Origin: Nitrospirota bacterium
GTDB taxonomy: Bacteria; Nitrospirota; Nitrospiria; Nitrospirales; Nitrospiraceae
DNA: 64,000 bases
Reading direction: 5' to 3'
NCBI GenBank assembly: GCA_963703955.1
Contig: CAVPGK010000017.1
Location: 64,001 to 128,000 of the forward strand
In this document: positions 9,246-19,368 of the stretch, one piece after another
Layout: every line of letters begins with the position of its first letter
Numbering within the stretch: the first letter of the stretch is position 1
Position numbers and translations under genes: made by a program
Notes under the pieces: model-generated
What the model was told of the DNA's origin: nothing
Databases searched by the model: none
Seen by the model: the letters and a program-made list of their open reading frames with translations, nothing else

Positions 9246-10454
9246 ATGGAAACCACATCAGTCATCGGAACAAAAAATAACAAAGGTCAGGTCTACAGTA
9301 ACCCCCGGGTGATGATGAACGAGGCTCCGCGCACGCCCTCCTTTTTTACCGGCAGCGAAGTCATCAAGGAAGCCGTCAGACGCGCCAATGTGGACGTCAT
9401 GGTTGCCTATCCCATCACACCTCAAAGCGAGGCGGCCGCCCTGTGTGGAGAGCTGTTCGCCGAAGGGTACGTCAAGGAATACTTCCGGGGGGAGAGCGAA
9501 TTTGCGGTGATGTCGCAATGCGCCGGCGCGGCATTCGGCGGCGCCCGCGTGTTCACCACGACGGCTGGTCCCGGCACCATGCGAGCCATGGAAAATTTTC
9601 CGATGTGGGCCGGCGCGAGATTGCCGATCCAGATGATCGTCACGTGCCGCGGCATCAATTCACCCCTCTCGATTCAGCCAGACACCATCGAAATTTCGTA
9701 CCTGCTTCAGACCGGCATGCTGGTCTGGCACGCGGAGACGGCGCAGGACTTCTATGATTGGATCCTCAAGGGCTACATGGTGTCAGAGGAGCCGGATGTG
9801 CATTTGCCGTTGGCCCTCTGCTGCGATGGCTTCTTCGTGACCCATACGAAAGACATCGTCAACCTGACTCCAGTCGATATGTGCCTGCCGCCCTATGATC
9901 CGTACCGGTCACCGGTTCCGTGCATGGACATGGAATGTCCGCCGGTCCGAATGATGCGCGACCCGTTCGTGATGAAGAGCAACTATATCAGCTATGCCAC
10001 GCACGCCAGCTGGCAACAGGAAGTCTGGGCCGCCGTCGAGCGGTCGCGAAAACACACGATCTCCTGGATGGACGGTCTCATCGACACGGAAAACGTCGAT
10101 GCTGATGTCCTGATCGTGTCGTCGGGAACTGCGGTGTCCCAAGGTCGTGAAGCCATCCGCCTGTTGGCCGATGAAGGGATCCGCGTCGGGCTGGTCAAGA
10201 TCAAGGCGTTGCGGCCGTGGCCGGGCGAGGAAATCCGTGAAGCCACCAAGAACGCGAAGTTTATCATTGTGCCGGAGTTCAATGTCGTCGGCTGGATGGC
10301 GCGAGAGATCAAAGCATCCATTCCCAACAGCGAGCGTGTCATCGCCGCGCCGCACGTGTGTGGTGGCATGACAATGCCGCCGGAAGTCATTGTGTTGGAA
10401 ATTAAAAATTTGCTCGGCCTGCGATCCGAGGCGCTGGCCGGACGCAATCGTTGA
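9246..10454 (+). CDS. 2-oxoacid:ferredoxin oxidoreductase alpha subunit (ForA/PorA type)
   Basis: AYPITPQSE and TTTAGPG motifs; AGGAGG RBS. Confidence 0.92.
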   Translation: METTSVIGTKNNKGQVYSNPRVMMNEAPRTPSFFTGSEVIKEAVRRANVDVMVAYPITPQSEAAALCGELFAEGYVKEYFRGESEFAVMSQCAGAAFGGARVFTTTAGPGTMRAMENFPMWAGARLPIQMIVTCRGINSPLSIQPDTIEISYLLQTGMLVWHAETAQDFYDWILKGYMVSEEPDVHLPLALCCDGFFVTHTKDIVNLTPVDMCLPPYDPYRSPVPCMDMECPPVRMMRDPFVMKSNYISYATHASWQQEVWAAVERSRKHTISWMDGLIDTENVDADVLIVSSGTAVSQGREAIRLLADEGIRVGLVKIKALRPWPGEEIREATKNAKFIIVPEFNVVGWMAREIKASIPNSERVIAAPHVCGGMTMPPEVIVLEIKNLLGLRSEALAGRNR

Positions 10455-10534
10455 ATCTGGAAACCCGGGGGGATTGACGGGTGGTTCACCTAACACGCAA
10501 CAATTGACATCAGCAGCGCTGTGAGGAGGCATTC

Positions 10535-11441
10535 ATGAGTAGAGAGCGAATCAAAATTGCGCCAGAGTTCTTCGACATCATGCCGCCTGAGTACCAGGAT
10601 TTGGTCACGAAGGCGACCTACGGCAATGAGAGCCGTGGCTGGAAGGACATCGGGACAAGTAAGGAATTGATTGAAGAGCATGCCCTCTGCGCTGGGTGCC
10701 CGGAATCCATGGCGTTTCGATACATTCTCGCCTCTCTTCCCAATCCCGAGGACACGGTCATGGTGGGGTCGACCGGCTGCACCAGCCTGGTCTTTCCGCA
10801 CGTCGCCATCCACAATATCCACTCGCTGTTCGGAAATCAGAACGCGATAGCCTCCGGCCTCAAGCGGGCCTTGACCGTCCGCTTCCCGGGCCGAATCAAG
10901 GACGTCGTCGTGCTGGCCGGCGATGGCGCAACGGTGGACATCGGACTGGACATGACCCTGCAGGCGTGGTTCCGTCAAGAGAAATTCACCACCATCTGCT
11001 TCGACAACGAGTTGTATGCGAACACCGGAGGCCAGGAAAGCGGGCTGATGCAAAAGGGCTTCGTGGCCAAAATGGCCCCGATGGGAAAGAGTTTTGAGAA
11101 GGTGCGCCTTCCGGAAATTGCGCGTGAATCAGGCTGTCACTATGTCGTGAACTGCACGGTGAGCAAGCCCTCGCTCGTTGAGAAAGTCATCAGGAATGCG
11201 GTCCTGGTGGCGCGAGAAATTGGTCCCACCTATCTCGCAGCTCTACACCCCCTGCATTTTGGAGATCGGGAAGGACAGCATGGAGGGCCTTCAGGAGATG
11301 CGTGACTCGGAAAGGCCGAGCGAACGGTTCGCGTATAAGGAGTACATCAGCGAGCCGGCGAAGCAGCTCTTAACTGAAATCGCCGCCAAGGACAAGGAAA
11401 AGAAGGCCGTCGCGAAGCAGTTGGTGTCCCAGGAAGCGTAA
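10535..11441 (+). CDS. 2-oxoacid:ferredoxin oxidoreductase beta subunit (probably ForB type), apparent +1 frameshift at ~11236
   Basis: CAGC, GDG and NTGGQ TPP motifs; GPTYL continues as QLYTPCILEIG in the next frame. Confidence 0.88.
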
Positions 11442-11461
11442 GAAATAGGGCTAAATAGCGG

Positions 11462-11490
11462 TTGACTCGGCTGCCTATTGCGCGTAGGGT
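11462..11490 (+). promoter_or_regulatory. sigma70-like promoter for structured RNA copy D / erpA
   Basis: TTGACT-17-TAGGGT. Confidence 0.6.
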
Positions 11491-11496
11491 GAGGCT

Positions 11497-11605
11497 ATGG
11501 TGTGTTAAGCTTCGCTGACTGTCCTATCTCTCGCGTCTGTCCCGCGACCGATCCCCAGTCTCCGCTTCCTGCACCGTTTCTTTCAAGGGCGCTTTCATTG
11601 CCATT
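11497..11605 (+). ncRNA. Structured RNA/leader family 1, copy D
   Basis: GACTG(11517)/CAGTC(11556) stem with TCGCG-TCTGTCC-CGCGA hairpin. Confidence 0.55.
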
Positions 11606-11714
11606 GTATGACCGGAGGCGACTGCCGCGTTCTGGTTTCCAGAGGGGTGTCTCTACACATGGGCGGTTGAGGCGCGTCGGGCGCTCCAGTCAATCAGAAA
11701 AAAGGGGGAGAGTG

Positions 11715-12035
11715 ATGATTACGATAACGTCGATGGCTGAAGAGAAGATTCGGGAACTCATGCTGGAGGAGAAGGACACGATTGGTCTGCGAGTGTTCGT
11801 GAAAGGCGGAGGCTGTCATGGGTACCAATACGGGATGTCGTTCGAATCCAACATGAGCGAGGACGATACGGTGATTGAGAAAGGTGATGTGAAGGTCATT
11901 ATGGATTCGCAAAGCGCCCCGCTGCTGAGCGGCGCCGAGGTCGATTATCTGGAAAGCTTGCAGGGCTCCGGCTTTGCGATCAAGAACCCGCAAGCGAAGA
12001 CGACCTGCGGGTGCGGCAGTTCATTCAGCGCCTAA
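11715..12035 (+). CDS. erpA: A-type Fe-S carrier (ErpA/IscA, HesB family)
   Basis: GGC.G.QY and TCGCGSSF motifs. Confidence 0.9.
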   Translation: MITITSMAEEKIRELMLEEKDTIGLRVFVKGGGCHGYQYGMSFESNMSEDDTVIEKGDVKVIMDSQSAPLLSGAEVDYLESLQGSGFAIKNPQAKTTCGCGSSFSA

Positions 12036-12066
12036 CCGCATCGCATCCTGTCGTCAGGAGGGGAAG

Positions 12067-12165
12067 ATGAACTTCGTGCGCCACATGGCCCCAGAGCTCT
12101 CAGTGGGATTGTGTTTACTCCTGATGTCCGGCGCGATCCTCGTGACATTCTTTCTGTCTCGATAG
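12067..12165 (+). CDS. 32-aa single-TM micro-protein
   Basis: MNFVRHMAPELSVGLCLLLMSGAILVTFFLSR; AGGAGG RBS. Confidence 0.6.
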   Translation: MNFVRHMAPELSVGLCLLLMSGAILVTFFLSR

Positions 12166-12318
12166 CGGCACGTCAATGAGAGTGGAACCCCCATGGCCAT
12201 TGCGTGAGACCGGATCCTGAGAAGCTCAGGTTGGGGGTAGAAGCCGATTCAGGAGCGGGAACGATGGGAATGGGATTGTTTTGGTTGGATACTAGATAGA
12301 GCGGAGAAAATAATAACG

Positions 12319-12636
12319 ATGATGATCATGAACACGATTTCAACAGCCGTATCAGAGCAACGGCCGATTGCCGACCGGATTCTTGAAGAGGTCCGGCGCG
12401 CTCCTGATTGCGAACTCGATGCCTTGGTGCTGAGTCTCCCGGAAGTAGCCTGGCAAGATGTGTTACTCGAAGTGCATCGGTTGAGCACCACGGGGCAAGT
12501 GCAGGTGAGCCCGTGGGGCGCGGGCATCTACACCGTCAGAGTGACAACTGAACTCGGCACGAGCAACGGTCTTATGCCCACGCAGGGTGGCGTGACCATT
12601 CGTCAGGTGGCAACACCCTGGCATCCTGCAAACTGA
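12319..12636 (+). CDS. Hypothetical protein, possibly winged-helix-like
   Basis: Protein-like ORF (WQDVLLEVHRLS..GQV); GGAG RBS. Confidence 0.55.
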   Translation: MMIMNTISTAVSEQRPIADRILEEVRRAPDCELDALVLSLPEVAWQDVLLEVHRLSTTGQVQVSPWGAGIYTVRVTTELGTSNGLMPTQGGVTIRQVATPWHPAN

Positions 12637-12681
12637 CAATTCATTAGCAAACGTTCGTCCAGAGAGAGGGAGGGTTAGTAG

Positions 12682-13572
12682 ATGAGTCTGAACTATGTGA
12701 AATTTACCCCGGGCTTTGAACCGTTTATGCCGAAGGAATACCGGGATATGGTTGAGCATGGCCCCTTCGGGAAAAAGGTCACAGTGTCGCAGATGGGCAG
12801 CTTCAAGGAGATCCTTGAGGAGCATCCTATGTGCGCGGGCTGTGCCATGACGCTCTTTATCCGTCTGGCTATTATTTCATTCCCCAATCCGGAAGATACG
12901 ATTACGGTGGGGACGGCGGGCTGCGGACGCTTGGCAATATCTCAAGCCGCCATCCCGTTTGTGTACGGGAATTATGGGGATCAGAACGGAGTGGCGAGTG
13001 GACTCTCTCGGGGCCTGCGGCTTCGGTTTGGAGACAAGCCGAAGGATGTGGTCGTGATGGCCGGGGACGGCGGTATGGCGGATATCGGTTTCTCGGTCAC
13101 ACTTCACTCCTGGTTCCGCAAGGAGAAGTTCACCACGATCATGCTGGACAACGAGGTGTACGGGAACACCGGCGGGCAGGAGAGCGGGATGACCAATCGA
13201 GGCGCGGTGCTCAAGATGGCTCCCCTCGGAAAGAAATTCGAAAAGATGGACATGGTAACGATGGCGAAGGTCGCCGGTTGTGCGTACGTGGCGACCGTAG
13301 TCCCCAACAATCCGCGGCGCGTGGAAAGCGTCATCAAGAAGGCGGTGCTGATCGCCCGAGAGGTCGGGCCGACCTACATTCAGGCGTACACCTCGTGCAA
13401 TATCGAATACGCGATTCCGACGGATAAGGTCATGGAAGACGCCAAGAACGTCGAGGACGACCGGTATAAGTTCACCGAGTATGTCAGCGACGAGGCGAAG
13501 GCGTATCTCACGGACCGGTACGGGTACAAGGAGTTCCAACCAAAGCCGGCCGCGTCGATCGCGAAGGCATGA
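12682..13572 (+). CDS. 2-oxoacid:ferredoxin oxidoreductase beta subunit (probably PorB type)
   Basis: HPMCAGC, GDGG and NTGGQ motifs. Confidence 0.92.
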   Translation: MSLNYVKFTPGFEPFMPKEYRDMVEHGPFGKKVTVSQMGSFKEILEEHPMCAGCAMTLFIRLAIISFPNPEDTITVGTAGCGRLAISQAAIPFVYGNYGDQNGVASGLSRGLRLRFGDKPKDVVVMAGDGGMADIGFSVTLHSWFRKEKFTTIMLDNEVYGNTGGQESGMTNRGAVLKMAPLGKKFEKMDMVTMAKVAGCAYVATVVPNNPRRVESVIKKAVLIAREVGPTYIQAYTSCNIEYAIPTDKVMEDAKNVEDDRYKFTEYVSDEAKAYLTDRYGYKEFQPKPAASIAKA

Positions 13573-13593
13573 GGGTGGAAGGAGGGTGAGGAT

Positions 13594-13980
13594 ATGGCAT
13601 ACAGCGAAAAAGTGGTGGACCATTTCAGCAACCCACGCAACGTGGGCAGTTTCAAGAAGGATGAGCTGGGCGTGGGGACCGGGATTGTCGGGGCGCCTGA
13701 GTGCGGCGACGTCATGAAGCTGCAAATCAAGGTGCGGGACGAAAAGATCGTGGATGCGAAATTCAAAACCTTCGGCTGCGGATCGGCTATCGCCAGCTCC
13801 AGTCTTTCCACAGAATGGCTGAAGGGGAAGACGATCGAGGAAGCGGGCATGATCAAGAATACGGACATCGTGCAGGAACTGAATCTGCCGCCCGTCAAGA
13901 TCCACTGCTCGGTCCTGGCCGAGGATGCCATCAAAGCGGCCGTGGCCGACTACAAACAGAAATCTGTTGTGACTGTCTAA
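13594..13980 (+). CDS. iscU: Fe-S cluster scaffold IscU
   Basis: GAPECGD, FGCGSAIASSS, LPPVKIHC. Confidence 0.97.
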   Translation: MAYSEKVVDHFSNPRNVGSFKKDELGVGTGIVGAPECGDVMKLQIKVRDEKIVDAKFKTFGCGSAIASSSLSTEWLKGKTIEEAGMIKNTDIVQELNLPPVKIHCSVLAEDAIKAAVADYKQKSVVTV

Positions 13981-14008
13981 GAAGAATCACAATGGTAGGA
14001 GGAGGATC

Positions 14009-14419
14009 ATGGCGGACTTAAAAGAAAGCCTCACACTCGCTATGGAACCGAGAGTCCTGACATCCGATCAGAAGAAAGCGGCGGAGGCGGCATTTGGCGG
14101 TCTGCCCTGCGATCCGAAGTGGTCGGTCACGGCTCGCGCTGTCTATGATGGGCTGGTGACCGCGCTCCAGGGCAAGACCGTTCAAGACCCGACTCATGAG
14201 TCCGTCCCATCGGGCCCCCAATATACGCTGGGGTATGGCATGCGGCTGGATAAGGGCACGGCTCCCGAACTGGCGCACCCCCAGGTGTCCGTCACGCTGC
14301 CGGATGGATCGGAAGGACGCATGACGTTGCACGTCATGAACGGCACGCCGGATGAAATCAAGGCCCGGTTACTTGACAGCGTGGATGCCTTTTTTGACAT
14401 TTATGCCGAAGGCCCCTGA
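14009..14419 (+). CDS. Hypothetical protein
   Basis: GGAGG RBS; directly follows iscU. Confidence 0.7.
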   Translation: MADLKESLTLAMEPRVLTSDQKKAAEAAFGGLPCDPKWSVTARAVYDGLVTALQGKTVQDPTHESVPSGPQYTLGYGMRLDKGTAPELAHPQVSVTLPDGSEGRMTLHVMNGTPDEIKARLLDSVDAFFDIYAEGP

Positions 14420-14431
14420 GCCATACAATCC

Positions 14432-14877
14432 TTGACCGAGGCCAAAGAGCCGCTGGACGGTTTTCGGAAGCCTTGTGAGATACGACGGACCATGCAGACG
14501 CTCGATATTGATCGTCCCGACATGCCCGATCTTCAGTTCGTCCTGTTGGTGACGGCGCTCTGCACCTCACGGCTTTCGCAGTTCAACGTGCCGGAGGCGT
14601 TGCGCGCCACGATTTTCGACCGGTGCTGGACGCTCATTGATGATGGTCCTCCGCCCACCATGCTGGAGGAGCGGGTCCTGGACCTGCGACCCTGGACCGA
14701 GGTGACGCTCGAGGCGATGGCAGAGACCATCCGCAGGGTGCTCGACGGAGGCGGGCATCCGAACGTTGACCTGGGATCATCCGCCCAGCGAGCCGACACG
14801 GTCCAGCACGCTTCGAAGCCCAACCCCTGATCGAACGCCTCGGGCAACTCTATCCTCAGCCCCCTGGGGGCTACTAA
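14432..14877 (+). CDS. Hypothetical protein with two apparent +1 frameshifts (~14743, ~14815)
   Basis: ...TIRRVL continues as TEAGIRTLTWDHPP and then EAQPLIERLGQLYP after removing single bases. Confidence 0.55.
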
Positions 14878-14937
14878 CAGCGGCCGCTTCTTCACGAACA
14901 GCAATGAGTAGGCTGCGCCCAACAAGGGAGAATTCGA

Positions 14938-15204
14938 ATGGACACCGAAGACAATAATGTCAGGCAGATAGTCGATCAGATTGCCACGTTGATGACAGCG
15001 TTCTCAGCGGCACTGGAAGGTCGCGCAGTGGAAATCCGGGCGAGTGGAAAAGATGTCGAGTTGGGCGACAAGCTCGTCAAGGGCGCCGATGTCATGCGAG
15101 ATAGTAGAGACATCTATTTGTCGTGGGCGCGCCATTATGTCGCGCTATCTGAAGGCAAACCCGAAGCCGCTGAAGATGAGGATGAGGTCGAGTTCGGCGT
15201 GTGA
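14938..15204 (+). CDS. Hypothetical acidic protein
   Basis: 88-aa ORF with GGAG RBS; 3' part duplicated at 28023-28215. Confidence 0.7.
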   Translation: MDTEDNNVRQIVDQIATLMTAFSAALEGRAVEIRASGKDVELGDKLVKGADVMRDSRDIYLSWARHYVALSEGKPEAAEDEDEVEFGV

Positions 15205-15269
15205 ATGTTCCTGTCGTCGCGAATGCGGGGCCCCGGCAGATCGGCATGAGTGGAGGTCTCTTCGTCAAT

Positions 15270-15397
15270 GCCGGCTCAGAGAGAGGGATCGTCGTCTCAC
15301 GCCGGAAGAAGTCGCTCGTCTTCAACGGACTCATGCTGACGCCTACAAACGCCAGGTCAAACAAGTCCGTCCGCTGCCTGGCGCGCGAGAGCTCTGA
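15270..15397 (+). pseudogene. Possible HAD-hydrolase relic
   Basis: LTPEEVARLQRTHADAYKRQVKQVRPLPGAREL resembles the HAD cap/core junction. Confidence 0.45.
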
Positions 15398-15444
15398 CCC
15401 ATTTGTCATGAGCGAAGGTGCCCTATGCGGTGGTTCTTGAAACC

Positions 15445-15487
15445 TGAGCAATCTTGACCAGACTGCATTGGCTCAGAGGTATACCCT
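15445..15487 (+). promoter_or_regulatory. Crp-like palindrome (15445-15460) plus -10 TACCCT
   Basis: TGAGCAATCTTGACCA-GACT; TACCCT at 15482. Confidence 0.7.
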
Positions 15488-15542
15488 CTAGCTAGATCGC
15501 CACGAGATCGTGAATCACATTTGCGGAAAAGGAGAATCACGA

Positions 15543-15821
15543 ATGCTGCCTGAACGCGTTCGGTGGTTTCGGAGATGGTATGGCCGTCAAGGGACTGAGA
15601 ACATGCCCCCCGGAAGTCCGGATGAGGTGAAACTGGATACTATCGGCCCAGCCTTTGACCGGGCTGTGGCTCGTAAGAAGGCCCGAGAGGATCTCCAGGC
15701 CACCAGGAAGTACCAAGGGACTCGCGACGACTTGTCGCTCTTCCTGCCACCGCCGCTCGATAATGGGCCATTGGCCTGGACAACGAGACGAGGAGCTGCG
15801 GCAAGGAGGATCGACCCCTAA
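15543..15821 (+). CDS. Hypothetical protein
   Basis: AAGGAG RBS; directly downstream of a motif promoter. Confidence 0.5.
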   Translation: MLPERVRWFRRWYGRQGTENMPPGSPDEVKLDTIGPAFDRAVARKKAREDLQATRKYQGTRDDLSLFLPPPLDNGPLAWTTRRGAAARRIDP

Positions 15822-15917
15822 AAATGTTAACGGAACTGAGACGGGGGCGGTTGAGGCCGCTTTGATTGCATCTCGGGCAGCTCTTTCGCACCATCATTAA
15901 TTTTTCAAGACCAGGGA

Positions 15918-16737
15918 TTACAAGGCATCCTGCGCACACCGGATGCCCACAAATGGGGCTTTGTTCGCAGGAAAGTAACTGTCCCGGAAAGTGGATTTCA
16001 CCATTTCCTTGGAGTCAGCGAACGACCCACCTCGGATCGCCTTTTGTGTGCCGTGAGAGGGGCCCTTCGGATTGCTGTCCGGGCTTGTTGCGTAATATTC
16101 TTCGTCGTACCAGTCCGCCACCCACTCCGCGGCGTTTCCCGCCATGCCGTAGATCCCATGGGGACTCTTGCCCCCCTCGTCGCTATCCACCGGCCTTAGA
16201 TTGTCATTATATCGGGTGCCTGAAAAGGGCTTATTGTAATTCGTCAGTTTAGAAGAAGGGGCTGCGTTTCCCCAGGGGTAACTGCGGCCGTCCATCCCTC
16301 GTGCTGCTTTCTCCCACTCAGCCTCAGTAGGGAGACGCTTTCCGGCCCAGCGACAGTAGGCTTCGGCTGCGTTCCAGCTGACACCGATCACCGGCCTATC
16401 CCCATCGTGGGACAGCTGGATGTCAGCCCAAGACATCGGCACAAATCCAGGTTCAGGCCGGTCCAGTGGCTGCTAAGAATGTCGCATAGCGCGCTGCTGT
16501 CACCTCATAGAGGTCCATATAGAACGCGTACAGGTACACTCCGTGGGCCGGCTTGCCCCTGTAGGATCGTTCTTGGCTCCCCATCATAAATCCCCCGTCT
16601 CGGATCCAAGCCATTGGGGCTCCATTCTTACGAGCCTCGGCCTCCAACGCTCGGCGAGTCTCGGCTACCGTGGGGATAGTCGGACTGAGAGCAGCAAGCC
16701 CGGCCAGAATCGTCATGGTAAGAGCGAAGCGTCGCAT
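15918..16737 (-). CDS. Secreted FGE-sulfatase (SUMF1/EgtB/PvdO) domain protein, apparent +1 frameshift at ~16460
   Basis: Signal peptide; [39 protein letters not shown]. Confidence 0.85.
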
Positions 16738-16895
16738 GGGAGACCTCCAATGTTCAATGCGGTTAAAAATGTTACATGCCGTAAAAATGTCGCATAATGT
16801 GGTTTTACCCCGGCCAGGCAGGCCCGCTCTACGAAGCCATGGGCTCAAAATTGGCGAGCGTTAGGAGATCGTCAATGGGCGAGCATGTTAGCAGC

Positions 16896-16938
16896 ATTAT
16901 GCCTATAGGACCGATCGCAGTCTGTTCAGTATTGCTCA
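16896..16938 (-). promoter_or_regulatory. Crp-like palindrome (16923-16938) plus -10-like CATAAT
   Basis: Minus strand TGAGCAATACTGAACA-GACT. Confidence 0.6.
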
Positions 16939-16991
16939 ATTTGAAGACGGATACGGTCACCTCTGGCCTCCGGTTTGAAATCTTCGAAACA

Positions 16992-17035
16992 AGAGCAATT
17001 TTGACCAGACTCCTTTCCACCCAGAGGTATAGCAT
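16992..17035 (+). promoter_or_regulatory. Crp-like palindrome (16992-17007) plus -10 TAGCAT
   Basis: AGAGCAATTTTGACCA-GACT; TAGCAT at 17030. Confidence 0.65.
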
Positions 17036-17184
17036 TGAGGGAGGTATCGTTGCGTCACGGATGCGAAGGAGGAGTCCCTCGATGTACTACTGCTGTCGAT
17101 GTAGCAAAGACACAATGGAAGACAGCGCTTCAACATGGGGCACTGACATGTTCTCCCGTCCCCAATGAAGCGACGCATGACACC

Positions 17185-17312
17185 ATGACGTTCTAAGCCA
17201 CGCCGACTTTCCTATCGCTCGCGCGCATCTTTTCCTGCGCGTCTGATTCTCGAGTCTCCGCTGCTTTCTACGCCACAGTCTCTTTGAAAGGGGGCGGCTT
17301 TCACTGCCTTTA
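17185..17312 (+). ncRNA. Structured RNA/leader family 1, copy B
   Basis: GACTT/GAGTC stem with CGCGCA-TCTTTTCC-TGCGCG hairpin; closest to copy A. Confidence 0.6.
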
Positions 17313-17394
17313 AGTTCTTGTGCGCGTAGGGCTGCTGTATCTGCCCAGAGGATCTCTTGCTCGCCCACGTCTTCTGACAAGAGGAGGAACGGAG

Positions 17395-17616
17395 ATGCGC
17401 TGCGAACGCTGTGACGGTCTCATGGTGATGGACCACTATATCGATATGGTGGGCGGAGGACCATGGCTGAAGGCATGGCGGTGCATGTGCTGCGGAAATG
17501 TGGTCGATAACCAAATCAAGGCACATCACTTCGCTGCCGATCCACAGGTCCACAGGCGACGGAGCTTGCGTAAATTTCAAGAAGAAGGGAGACTTCAACC
17601 AGCGGTTTGGCTGTGA
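17395..17616 (+). CDS. Small CxxC...W.CxxCG Zn-ribbon protein
   Basis: MRCERCDGLM...WRCMCCGNVVD; GAGGAGG RBS region. Confidence 0.75.
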   Translation: MRCERCDGLMVMDHYIDMVGGGPWLKAWRCMCCGNVVDNQIKAHHFAADPQVHRRRSLRKFQEEGRLQPAVWL

Positions 17617-17677
17617 TCGCCGTTACGTCCGCCATTCGTTTGCAAGACGAGATCATAGAGGCCTGCGGGCAAGAACG

Positions 17678-17783
17678 AGAATACCAACATCGTGCAGGAG
17701 CTGAATCTTCTGCCTGTGAAGATCTACTGCTCGGTGCTGGCGGACGATGCGATTAAGGCAGCTTGGATGACTACAAGAAATCC
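17678..17783 (+). pseudogene. iscU 3' relic
   Basis: NTNIVQELNLLPVKIYCSVLADDAIKAA matches the IscU C-terminus at 13594-13980. Confidence 0.75.
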
Positions 17784-18119
17784 GTGGAACCCAAAGTCAC
17801 AAACAAACGACAAGCGGTGTCGAGCTGAAGACGCTTCCGGCGATTCGTTTGCGATTTCGCCAACTGAGAGTTCAACGCGGAAGGATGTAGAAATCAATAG
17901 CAAACGCAGCAGTGAAAGGGAAAGCGCCGTGATGACGAAGGTGCGACGGGTGGCGAGGCGCAAGAGCGCACGGGCCGCAGGGAGGGCGAAATCTTTAGGA
18001 TCAATGCCAATCCCTTAATCCGTCTCGCGTGCGTCCTTCTGGATGGGGGATAATCGGCGGCGGCTGGCTGAAAGTGGTCAATTCATGGCCGGTAGGAGCG
18101 AGTTGCCTGAGGAGGAAAG

Positions 18120-18416
18120 ATGATAGGTACATTGAATCAAGTGGACTGGGCAGAGCAGATCAAGGCACGAGTGAGTGTGGAGTTTGATCGCGTTGCGAAA
18201 GCGCTGGCCTCGGCAGTCAGTAAACAGGCCGAGCGACATCGACTGGAGACTCAGGCCCTGATCTCAATCCTCGAAGATAAGCGCGCCCAAGTGATGGCGA
18301 ATGAACAGGCCGGCTATTTCATCTGTGAGTGGCAGGAGTTGAGCGATCAGGTCCGACAGATGATCATTCAAGATCCTCGGTACCAAGCGATCAAGGCTAG
18401 GAGAAAGACGGTATGA
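18120..18416 (+). CDS. Hypothetical protein
   Basis: GAGGAGG RBS; helical 98-aa ORF. Confidence 0.7.
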   Translation: MIGTLNQVDWAEQIKARVSVEFDRVAKALASAVSKQAERHRLETQALISILEDKRAQVMANEQAGYFICEWQELSDQVRQMIIQDPRYQAIKARRKTV

Positions 18417-18578
18417 CTTGCGCTCAGTTGGGGCAGTCCGCGTACCAGCCTTGGCTTGAGGATCGAAAGCCTCGGCCCCTCACTACGAATACATAACAAT
18501 ACAAAATGAATTGTACGGGAGGCCACCTCTCGAACCGTGATAGGAGCATCACATGAATCTGAAGTGAGAGAGGTAGAC

Positions 18579-18621
18579 TGAGCAATTTTGATCAGACTTC
18601 CATTCCTCCACGGCATAGCAT
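18579..18621 (+). promoter_or_regulatory. Crp-like palindrome (18579-18594) plus -10 TAGCAT
   Basis: TGAGCAATTTTGATCA-GACT; TAGCAT at 18616. Confidence 0.7.
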
Positions 18622-18705
18622 GTTGCTCAATGGTATTGCGCATAACCTCCTCTCTTGGAGCTTCTTGAAATAGTCCTGCAGAGCGGCGGGAACCGCAGAA
18701 AGGAA

Positions 18706-18981
18706 ATGGTGACCACCCTGAATACGAATTCGACACTGTCCGATCTGGACAAGGCCAAAAAGCAGTTGAGCGAGATGGTCACGTCTATGAATCCCCAGCT
18801 CATGTGTAAGATTTCGCAAGAGACGGCAAATGGGATCTTTCAAATCGCCATTTCGAACAAAACAAGAACGCTGAGCTTATCACTTTCCGAGGATGATCTG
18901 TACGATTTCATAGAAGATCCAAGCTCAATGAAACAGATCCGCGGACAGATGGAGCAACTTATTCGTGATCTAAGGTGTTAA
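18706..18981 (+). CDS. Hypothetical protein
   Basis: AAGGA RBS; downstream of a motif promoter. Confidence 0.55.
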   Translation: MVTTLNTNSTLSDLDKAKKQLSEMVTSMNPQLMCKISQETANGIFQIAISNKTRTLSLSLSEDDLYDFIEDPSSMKQIRGQMEQLIRDLRC

Positions 18982-18986
18982 GCACC

Positions 18987-19169
18987 ATGAAGCCATATAC
19001 AATGACCGTCGCAAAACAAGCTCACGAGCGTGATCGACGAGCCAAACAGCGAGAGAAAGAGTCGCGTCGGGTCCAGCGAAAAGACGAGAAGGCGGCACAC
19101 GTTCGACCAGACACCGGGGCGGATCCAGACCTTGCCGGTATGAAACCGGGACCGCAAGCGCCCCTCTAG
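18987..19169 (+). CDS. Small basic hypothetical protein
   Basis: KQAHERDRRAKQREK...DPDLAGMKPGPQAP. Confidence 0.55.
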   Translation: MKPYTMTVAKQAHERDRRAKQREKESRRVQRKDEKAAHVRPDTGADPDLAGMKPGPQAPL

Positions 19170-19212
19170 AGATAAACGGCTTTGTCTAGGTCAGATGATG
19201 CACCAGTCTGAG

Positions 19213-19368
19213 TCACTCGACCGCATCCGAGCCTTTTCCTAACATCACATGCGGACGGATCGAATCGGTGATTCCGTTGAGGGAGTCCCCCGCCAAACCG
19301 TAGATTCTTTTCACTCCAGCTGCCACCAGAGTATCGACAAGTACATCTGCCACCTCTTTCTTAGCCAT
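19213..19368 (-). pseudogene. N-terminal relic of TPP-dependent pyruvate dehydrogenase/oxidase (PoxB-like)
   Basis: VADVLVDTLVAAGVKRIYGLAGDSLNGITDSIR, then truncated; GGAGG RBS. Confidence 0.8.

Noticed and set aside
15454..15459. TTGACC inside the palindrome as the -35 box
   Set aside because: It lies 22 bp from the -10, too far for sigma70; the motif is treated as an activator site instead
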